A DNA stretch of 25,153 nt from a virus (taxonomy: Duplodnaviria; Caudoviricetes), in the IMG/VR virus record IMGVR_UViG_3300037484_000343, positions 1-25,153 of that record; one strand, written 5' to 3'. Positions 1 to 7,200 of this stretch are shown piece after piece (position 1 is the stretch's first letter; every line of letters starts with the position of its first letter). The notes beneath the pieces were generated by a model, which was not told the DNA's origin, ran no database searches, and saw only the letters and a list, made by a program, of their open reading frames with translations. The translations under genes were made by a program, and so were the position numbers.

Positions 1-2
1 CG

Positions 3-614
3 CCCTGGCTTTTTGTGCTCGTCATCCCCCTGCTCTGGATGCCCGATGTCCTTGCCCCGGCCTTGCCCTGTCTGGCGCTCGGCGTGCTGGCCTACCGCGA
101 GCGCCGCATCGACCTGCTTCCGGTGGTCGGCCTGTCGCTGCCCTTCGTGCTGCTGATGTGGCTTGCCAATACCGACTGGTATGCCCTGTTCGGTTTGGGC
201 GGACCGGGGTTTTTCGCGCCATTTCTGCTGACGGTCAAGCCGCAAGCGACCGGGCTGGTGCTGGTGACGTACCTTCATCCGCAGCGCTGGGTTTACCTGG
301 TCCCTCTGGCCCTGGCCGCGCTGGTGGCCTTTGCGTTATGGCGCTGGCCGCTCAACATCGTCGAACATCAGGACACGATCATCGGTTATGGGCATAACTG
401 GGCGCTGTGGCGGCACACCTGGCCGCTGGGCCTGTGGGCGGTATGGCGGGCCTGGCGCGACCGCTCAGTCATGTGGGGCTGCGTGGCGTCGGTGCTGCTG
501 ACGCCGTACCTGGCCCTGTATTCGCTGGTTCCGACGATCTACGTGGTCGCGCGTGAGCATCGCCGGGCCGGAATCGCCCTGAGTTTATCCAGTTGGATTT
601 TTGCGCTGCTATGA
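3..614 (+). CDS. Polytopic membrane protein, 5'-truncated; resembles GT-C fold glycosyltransferases (GT87/DUF2029-like)
   Basis: The frame is open from the window edge (ccc tgg ctt ttt gtg...). It has several hydrophobic Leu/Trp-rich segments. LTVKPQ and LLTPYLALYSL recall the KP and SPxxxxY motifs of GT87-like proteins. The stop overlaps the next start (ATGA 611-614). Confidence 0.45.
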   Translation, partial: PWLFVLVIPLLWMPDVLAPALPCLALGVLAYRERRIDLLPVVGLSLPFVLLMWLANTDWYALFGLGGPGFFAPFLLTVKPQATGLVLVTYLHPQRWVYLVPLALAALVAFALWRWPLNIVEHQDTIIGYGHNWALWRHTWPLGLWAVWRAWRDRSVMWGCVASVLLTPYLALYSLVPTIYVVAREHRRAGIALSLSSWIFALL

Positions 615-1939
615 CGACGGATAATTTGCCCGCAACCATCGGCCCCTACCGCAACCGGATCATCGGTCTGCGGGTGATGCCCGTTGGCGAGCTGCTGAAT
701 CATCCGAAAAATTGGCGCCAGCACCCGCCTGCGCAGGAAAAGAGTCTCGACGCCATGATGCGGCAGATCGGGGTGATTGACGTGGTGCGGTATAACGCGC
801 CCACCAACCGCATCTTCGACGGCCACCTGCGCAAAAAGTTATTCAGCGCCGATCCCCAAACGCCCGTGCTGGTACTCGTTACCGATCTCACCGAAGAAGA
901 AGAAACCGTCGCGCTGGCGACGTTTGATGCGATTACCAGTATGGCGCGCGCCGATACCGACGCGCTGCTGGCGCTGCTGCACCTGGCGCAGGACGCGCCC
1001 ATGTTGGCCGGGGATGAAGCGGCACTGGACTTGCTGCACCTGGTTGCGCACCAGTACGGCGTGACCCTCGACGAACCGGGCGAAGTCGCCGATCCTGGCC
1101 CACAGACAGATCGCGCCACCGAACTGCGCGAAAAATGGAACACTCAGATCGGTCAACTATGGCTCATTCCGTCGTTAACGCTGCCCGGCCAGCATCACCG
1201 GCTGTTATGTGGCGACAGCACGAACGCGGGCGACGTGGCGCGGCTGATGGACGGCCAGCGCGCTGTTCTTTTTTCGACTGATCCCCCTTATTTGGTGGAT
1301 TACACAGGCGAAAATCACCCACACGCCTGGAATAAAAAAGACGGCAATAAAGACTGGTCAGACTCCTACCACGACTGGGACGACGCGGCGCAGGGTGAAG
1401 ACCTCTATGACGGCTTTATCGCCCGCGCGGTGGAGAGCGTTCTCGTCGAGGACGCGGCCTGGTACTGCTGGCACGCGAGCCGCAACCAGGCGATGTTGGA
1501 GCGGGTGTGGGAGCGCTACGGCGCGTTTGTGCACCAGCAAATTATATGGGCGAAAGATCGGCCCATCCTGACCCGCGGCCATTATATGTGGCAGCACGAA
1601 CCGTGTCTCATGGGCTGGCGCAAGGGCCACCGCCCCTATCGTGTGCCTGATGCGGAGCACGTCTCGACGGTGTGGGCCTTCCCGACGGTCAAGGTCGGGA
1701 CGAGCGCGGATCATCCGACCTCGAAGCCTGTTGAACTGTTCGAGATTCCGATGCTCCAGCACACGCGCCAGGGCGAGGTGTGTTATGAGCCGTTCGCGGG
1801 ATCAGGGAGTCAATACATCGCCGGGGAGAAGCTGGGCCGATTAGTTTTTGGTTTAGAGTTGGCCCCTGAGTTTTGCGCGGCAATTCTTGAAAGATTACAC
1901 GGGATGGGCTTAACGCCGATACTGGCGGAGGGCGTGTAA
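611..1939 (+). CDS. ParB-like N-terminal domain fused to a beta-class N6-adenine/N4-cytosine DNA methyltransferase
   Basis: N-terminus has HPKNWRQH and IFDGHLR (ParB-like DGHxR, 818-832). Methyltransferase motifs are HRLLCGDST, motif IV TDPPY (~1280), HPTSKPVEL and motif I EPFAGSGS (~1790); IV before I indicates beta class. Start placed at ATG 611 from the ATGA overlap. Confidence 0.9.
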   Translation: MTTDNLPATIGPYRNRIIGLRVMPVGELLNHPKNWRQHPPAQEKSLDAMMRQIGVIDVVRYNAPTNRIFDGHLRKKLFSADPQTPVLVLVTDLTEEEETVALATFDAITSMARADTDALLALLHLAQDAPMLAGDEAALDLLHLVAHQYGVTLDEPGEVADPGPQTDRATELREKWNTQIGQLWLIPSLTLPGQHHRLLCGDSTNAGDVARLMDGQRAVLFSTDPPYLVDYTGENHPHAWNKKDGNKDWSDSYHDWDDAAQGEDLYDGFIARAVESVLVEDAAWYCWHASRNQAMLERVWERYGAFVHQQIIWAKDRPILTRGHYMWQHEPCLMGWRKGHRPYRVPDAEHVSTVWAFPTVKVGTSADHPTSKPVELFEIPMLQHTRQGEVCYEPFAGSGSQYIAGEKLGRLVFGLELAPEFCAAILERLHGMGLTPILAEGV

Positions 1940-1940
1940 T

Positions 1941-2675
1941 GTGGCCGATCAGTCCGATTACGATCCGGCGGCCTGGGAAGCTCTGGCAAAACGCGATGAT
2001 GAGACACTGAAGGCCCACACTGCTTTTCTGGATTACGTGCGGATGGGGTCCGGTCGCAGTTTAGCAAAATTAATCGCGCAATACCAGGACCAGGGCGCGG
2101 CTAAAGTGGGGCTAGAAAAGCCACCCACCAAGCGGCTCAACACACTGAAAGAGTGGTCCGTCACCCACGAGTGGCAAAAGCGTCTCGAGGCCTGGGCGAC
2201 AGAGCGCAACCAGCGCGACCAGGCGCTGTGGGAAGAGCGCCGCCGCCAACTGCGCGAGGATGATTGGGTCACCGGTGAAAGACTGCGCGAACAGGCCAAC
2301 GCCGCGCTGGAGCAGGTTCCGAATTTTCTGACCACCAAGAGGCGGTTGATTAAAGGCGGCGAGGGCCAGCCGGATCGGGAAGTAGTCACGATGGGCTTGC
2401 GGCTCGGCGAAGTGACGGGCGCAGCGAAGACGGCCAGTGACTTACAGCGCGCGGCGGCGGAAGCGCCGACGATTATGCGGCACGAAGTGTCTGGCCCCGG
2501 AGGGGGACCGATCCAGTATGAATCCGGCATTGATCCTGAACGATACGGTCGCGCTCTTGAGTCCCTCGCTGATGCCCTCCGAACAATCGTATCTCGACCG
2601 GGCACTGAGGGGTCAGGTGTTGTGGATTCCGCAGAGTCGCCCGCAGTGGTTAGCGTTTCTGAGTCGGGCGGATGA
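1941..2675 (+). CDS. terS: Terminase small subunit (putative)
   Basis: GTG start with GGAGG at 1927-1931, directly upstream of the large terminase. N-terminal HTH-like region (AFLDYVRMGSGRSLAKL...LKEWSVTHEWQKR), a helical middle, and a TerS-like C-terminal HEVSGPGGGPIQ motif. Confidence 0.75.
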   Translation: MADQSDYDPAAWEALAKRDDETLKAHTAFLDYVRMGSGRSLAKLIAQYQDQGAAKVGLEKPPTKRLNTLKEWSVTHEWQKRLEAWATERNQRDQALWEERRRQLREDDWVTGERLREQANAALEQVPNFLTTKRRLIKGGEGQPDREVVTMGLRLGEVTGAAKTASDLQRAAAEAPTIMRHEVSGPGGGPIQYESGIDPERYGRALESLADALRTIVSRPGTEGSGVVDSAESPAVVSVSESGG

Positions 2676-4017
2676 ACTGTTTTACGGCGGAGCGGCGGGA
2701 GGTGGCAAAACGGATACCGGTTTAGGATTAGCCTTTTCGTGTCACCAGCGCTCTATGTTTTTCCGGCGCGAGTATACCGAACTCACGGATGTCGTTGATC
2801 GGGGTGATCAGATTGCCGCCCCGCTCGGCGTGAAATTTAATCACCAGCGACGGCGCTGGGAGTTCGGGAACAAATTCGTTCAATTGGGCGCGATAGATCA
2901 GCCGGATGACGTTCAGAAATACCAGGGGCGGGCACGCGATCTGTATGTCTTCGATGAAGTCAGTTTCTTTATGGAAGCGCGGGTTCGATACATTACGGGG
3001 TGGCTGCGCTCGACTGATCCCGGTCAGCGCACGCGGGTGCTGATGATGGGCAATCCGCCGACGACACCCGAAGGGGAATGGATTGTCCAGTATTTTGCGC
3101 CCTGGCTGGACGAGAAACACCCTAACCCGGCCCAACCCGGCGAACTGCGCTGGTTCGCCGTCCTGGACGACAAAAGCATCGAAGTCAACGGGCCGGACCC
3201 TATCTTGCACAAAGGCGAGATGATCCAGCCCAAGTCGCGGACCTTCATCCCGGCCTATCTGAGCGACAACCCGTTTTTGAGAGATACGGCCTACCGAGCT
3301 ACCTTGCAAGGGTTGCCGGATGAGCTGAAACAAAAGTTTCTAGACGGCAAGTTCAACGTGAAAACGCCCGACAAGCCCTGGCAGGTTATACCGACCGCCT
3401 GGGTGGAGGCCGCTCAGGAGCGTTGGAAACAAGGGCGGCGGCCCGCTGCGGCGCTGCGGTGCTGCGGGCTAGACGTATCGCGCGGCGGGGACGACAAAAC
3501 TGTGCTCGCCCGGCTTTATCACGAGTGGTTCGAGATCGATGTGTGGGAAGGCAAGGCCGTGCCCGATGGCGATGTGGCTGCGGATAACGCGATCAGCGCC
3601 ATCGTGGACGATGCGCCCGCCCCGTTTTTTGTGGATGTGATTGGTATCGGGGCATCCGCTTACGACAGTCTGAAACGGCGCGAGGGCCTATCGGCGATCC
3701 CGGTTAACGTGGCTGAAGCCAGCGATGCCGTCGACGAGACAGGCAAGTTTCCGTTTGCCAACCTGAGAAGCCAGTTGCATTGGCAGTTCCGCGAGGCGCT
3801 GAAACCCAACAGCCCCCATGCGATTGCACTGCCTCTGGATCGCCGGGTGAAAACGGACCTCTGCGCGGCTACTTATCGGATTACCAAGAGCGGTATCCAG
3901 GTCGAGAGCAAAGAAGACATCAAAAAGCGGTTAGGCTTTTCGCCTGACTACGGCGACGCGATTTTGCTGGCCTGGTATGGGGCGCAGCATTCTGGTCCAT
4001 TTTTTGACTTCGTGTAG
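2518..4017 (+). CDS. terL: Terminase large subunit
   Basis: Walker A YGGAAGGGKT (2683-2712), Walker B LYVFDE, motif III MGNPP, FIPAYLSDNPFL, and RNase H-like nuclease motifs GLDVSRGGDDKT and SPDYGDA. Start is uncertain: ATG 2518 after GGAGGGGG, or ATG 2572. Confidence 0.93.
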   Translation: MNPALILNDTVALLSPSLMPSEQSYLDRALRGQVLWIPQSRPQWLAFLSRADELFYGGAAGGGKTDTGLGLAFSCHQRSMFFRREYTELTDVVDRGDQIAAPLGVKFNHQRRRWEFGNKFVQLGAIDQPDDVQKYQGRARDLYVFDEVSFFMEARVRYITGWLRSTDPGQRTRVLMMGNPPTTPEGEWIVQYFAPWLDEKHPNPAQPGELRWFAVLDDKSIEVNGPDPILHKGEMIQPKSRTFIPAYLSDNPFLRDTAYRATLQGLPDELKQKFLDGKFNVKTPDKPWQVIPTAWVEAAQERWKQGRRPAAALRCCGLDVSRGGDDKTVLARLYHEWFEIDVWEGKAVPDGDVAADNAISAIVDDAPAPFFVDVIGIGASAYDSLKRREGLSAIPVNVAEASDAVDETGKFPFANLRSQLHWQFREALKPNSPHAIALPLDRRVKTDLCAATYRITKSGIQVESKEDIKKRLGFSPDYGDAILLAWYGAQHSGPFFDFV

Positions 4018-7000
4018 GTGGGCATGGCGCAACATTCAGTGAGTACCGGACGGTTTGGGCAGGCCTGGCGCGTGCTGCGTGGGCAAGCTGTCGCGTTTCC
4101 GTCTGACGCCGTAAAGCGCGCGGCCCGCGACCTGTGGCATGACGGCCTGGGCGGAACCTGGGGCGAACCGCCACCGGCTGCGGTTACCGCGACACCGGAG
4201 CATTATACCCGCAGCGAGGCCGTGCGCGCGGCGGTAGATGCCTATGCCAACCTGGTCGCGGCGACGGCGTTTCACCTATTCCAGGAAGACAGCGCCGGGG
4301 AACTGAAAGAACTCAAGGCTCACGCGGCGCTGGCCGTGCTCGAAACCCCCTCCGGCGTGGATGACTTTTTCACCCGCACCGACCTGCTCCGGTTGACCGT
4401 CTCCGATCTACTCCTGTCGGGAAATGCCTACTGGTTCCTGGCCGGACCCAAGCGGGGCGGCGGCGCGCCGCAGGAAATCTGGCGGCTTAATCCGCGCCTG
4501 ACGCGCATCGTGCGGAGTAAAGCCCGCTACGTGGCGGGTTATGTCACCGATATTGATGACATCACGATCCCGCTCGAACAGGCCGAAGTCATCCATTTGA
4601 AGCTGCCCAACCCGGTCTACGATGACCCGTTTTATGGCCTGAGTAAACTCTCCACCGCAGCCATGGCCGCACAAACGGGGTACGAAATGGAGAAGTGGAA
4701 TCGTAACTTCTTCGCCCGCGATTTTGCGGTTCCGGCGGGCGTCGTCGCCATTGAAAATACCATCTCGGACGCCGACTTTGAGCGGGCCAAGTCCGAATGG
4801 CGGGCGTCGTATGGTGGCAAGGAACGCCGCACGGCATTTGTACGAGGCGGCAAGATCACGTTTCAGCCGATTGGTCTGTCGCAGACCGATGTGGATTTTC
4901 TCGAAGGATCGCAGTGGGAGGCCGATAAGGTCTTTCAGGTGTTCGGTACGCATCATCTGCGCCTGGCGAAGTTCGCCGACGAAAAGAAGGTCAACGAGCG
5001 GCTGTTTCTTGAAGGCCAGGCGTGGCCGCTGCTGATCTACCTGGCCGAGAAGATCACCGGCTCCTACCTGCCCTTTTGGGGACCGCGTAGGGGAAAGGGT
5101 CGGCTGGTCGGGCAGTTTGACGACGTGCGGCCCCGCGAGCGGTCCCTCGACCTGTCCGAACAGCAGGAAAAAGCCAAAGGGCTGACGCTCAACGAGTGGC
5201 GCAAAGAACAAGGATTAGAACCCCTGGACGGCGGCGATGATATTTTGTTTGTGCATGTCCAGTCGGGTGAGAAAGTCCAATTCGAGCGCGAGGCCATGCC
5301 CGAACCGCCGCCTCCGTTGCAGCCCTTTACGCAGCCCGTTGGGGGACAAACGTCCGAAGAAAAGAAGCCAGAGTCCGAGGCCCGGCGGCCCGAAGACGAT
5401 CAGGAGAAGGCCGAACGGCGCGAGTCGTCCGGGGGCGAGGTGGGAGACGACATTGGCGAGTCGGCCAATAAAGCGGTTGATTTTGATGCTGCGCACCGTG
5501 AACTGCGCCAGTGGGAAAAATTCACCCGCAAGCGCAAAGGCACCGAGCATGAGCGCGACTTCGTACCTGTGCATATTCCCGCGTATGTCGCCGGGCTGAT
5601 TAAGGTAGCCCTGTTGGACTGCGCCGCGCCCGATGCGGTGAAGGCGGTCTTCGAGACGGCCAGCGCCCTGGTGGACGGCCAGCTTCCGGTGGCGGCGAAA
5701 TCCAGCTTTGGCCCGCCCGATGGCACGGTGGTTTTATACCTCTCCGGCGTTGAGGATGTACTGCTGGTCCAGCAGATGCTTCAACGCGGCGCGCCGAGCG
5801 GTGCACCGCTGCGCTGGACGCCACGCGAACAGTTACACATGACGCTCGTTCACTGCCCCCTGGTGGATGAACCTGACTTCCGCACGATCAGCCAGGAAGC
5901 GAGCGCTTTTAATGCGCTCCCGATCCGGGTGACCGGGCTGACCACGTTTAACTCACCGGGTGGCGCAGTGCCGATTGTGGCGCTGGTCGAGGAGTCCGAT
6001 GAACTGCGGGCGCTTCAGGCCGATGTGTGGGGCAGCTTCGCGGCGCGCGGGATCGCCGTCTCGGAGTACAGCAACCCCGATGTGTGGATACCGCACATCA
6101 CATTAGGATACGCCGAGCCGTCGCAGGTCGCCGCTCTGGGGCTGGGGACCGGGCCTGATTTCGGCTGCACGGCTGATCTGCTGGCATTTACGCGGGGCGA
6201 TTTTAAGCTGCTGTATTCCCGTATGGCCGCGCCTGTGCTGGCCGCCCTGCCCGAAGTCACGGCAGACGCCGCCACTTTTAAGGCGATCCAGGCGACCCGC
6301 CTGGACTTCGAAGCCGACTTTGAGGATGTACTGGCCGCCGCTCGTTCAGGATCGCTGGATCGCCGCGCCTGGGCCAATCGCACGCGCACGCTGCTGCGGA
6401 AGTACGGCGAAAAAGCCTACCGCGACGGCCTGACCGACGGCGGGGTTAGTTACGGCGAGGACGAGCCGCTCGATCCCGATGATCGGAAGGAATTAAACGC
6501 GCTGCTCGCCACCCAGAGCCAGTACGTGACCGAGCTGGGGCGTGTGCTGTTTCGGACCGAAACCGGAGTCGGCGACGCGCAGGCGGCCTTAAAGCCGGAA
6601 TTATGGTGGAACAAAAGTGTTCTACCCCTTTATCAGGCGGGGTTGATCAGCGCCAATGAGAACGCGCTTTATAGCTGGTCTTATAACCCTCTGAAGAAAA
6701 ATTGCGCCTCGTGCATCGCGGCCAGCAAACAAATTCACCGCCTGCGCGAGTGGAATCAATACGATTTATGGCCTAACAGCTCGGTTTTGATCTGCGGTGG
6801 CTGGTTGTGCGGATGCCAGATGACCCGCAAGACCGGGCGCGCGAAGGGGAATCTGAACGCGATTCCGCTCCGGGCGGCCAAAGAACACGAGGAAGGGCCT
6901 ATGTTTAGCGCCTGGCCGGACGGTTTACCAGATGACATCAAGGCGAAGTTTAACCAGGTGCTTCGTCATCAAATCCAGTCGTGCGAACAGGTCGATGGCG

Positions 7001-7200
7001 GTCCATATACCCTGACGCTGCGTGAAGAAGCCGGGTACTACGCGGGCGAGATCAATCAAGGCGAAGCGCAGCGTGGGTTAACCATGCTTGATCCCCGGCT
7101 CAAGTTGGTCGGGTTCGAGCTGGTGGGTGATACCGACCTGCGGCTGAATTTTGTTGTGGAGAGCGCCGAACATGGCAACACAGACACAGACGTTAGTTAA
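4018..7200 (+). CDS. Portal polyprotein: HK97-like portal (aa ~35-420), linker and helical domain, 2H phosphoesterase (aa ~562-735), MuF-like minor head domain (aa ~756-940), C-terminal ~100-aa domain
   Basis: Portal motifs DLLLSGNAYW, EVIHLK, FYGLS, PAGVV and LTLNEWRKEQGLEPLDGGD. Two HxT motifs: HMTL (H607, nt 5836) and PHITLGY (H693, nt 6094). Cys cluster CASC (6703-6714) and CGGWLCGC (6793-6816). Start is GTG 4018 or ATG 4024. Confidence 0.88.
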   Translation: MGMAQHSVSTGRFGQAWRVLRGQAVAFPSDAVKRAARDLWHDGLGGTWGEPPPAAVTATPEHYTRSEAVRAAVDAYANLVAATAFHLFQEDSAGELKELKAHAALAVLETPSGVDDFFTRTDLLRLTVSDLLLSGNAYWFLAGPKRGGGAPQEIWRLNPRLTRIVRSKARYVAGYVTDIDDITIPLEQAEVIHLKLPNPVYDDPFYGLSKLSTAAMAAQTGYEMEKWNRNFFARDFAVPAGVVAIENTISDADFERAKSEWRASYGGKERRTAFVRGGKITFQPIGLSQTDVDFLEGSQWEADKVFQVFGTHHLRLAKFADEKKVNERLFLEGQAWPLLIYLAEKITGSYLPFWGPRRGKGRLVGQFDDVRPRERSLDLSEQQEKAKGLTLNEWRKEQGLEPLDGGDDILFVHVQSGEKVQFEREAMPEPPPPLQPFTQPVGGQTSEEKKPESEARRPEDDQEKAERRESSGGEVGDDIGESANKAVDFDAAHRELRQWEKFTRKRKGTEHERDFVPVHIPAYVAGLIKVALLDCAAPDAVKAVFETASALVDGQLPVAAKSSFGPPDGTVVLYLSGVEDVLLVQQMLQRGAPSGAPLRWTPREQLHMTLVHCPLVDEPDFRTISQEASAFNALPIRVTGLTTFNSPGGAVPIVALVEESDELRALQADVWGSFAARGIAVSEYSNPDVWIPHITLGYAEPSQVAALGLGTGPDFGCTADLLAFTRGDFKLLYSRMAAPVLAALPEVTADAATFKAIQATRLDFEADFEDVLAAARSGSLDRRAWANRTRTLLRKYGEKAYRDGLTDGGVSYGEDEPLDPDDRKELNALLATQSQYVTELGRVLFRTETGVGDAQAALKPELWWNKSVLPLYQAGLISANENALYSWSYNPLKKNCASCIAASKQIHRLREWNQYDLWPNSSVLICGGWLCGCQMTRKTGRAKGNLNAIPLRAAKEHEEGPMFSAWPDGLPDDIKAKFNQVLRHQIQSCEQVDGGPYTLTLREEAGYYAGEINQGEAQRGLTMLDPRLKLVGFELVGDTDLRLNFVVESAEHGNTDTDVS

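Noticed and set aside
2055-2120. AT-richer patch in terS as a pac site
   Set aside because: pac sites often lie in terS, but no repeats or other diagnostic structure are visible; read-end mapping would be needed.
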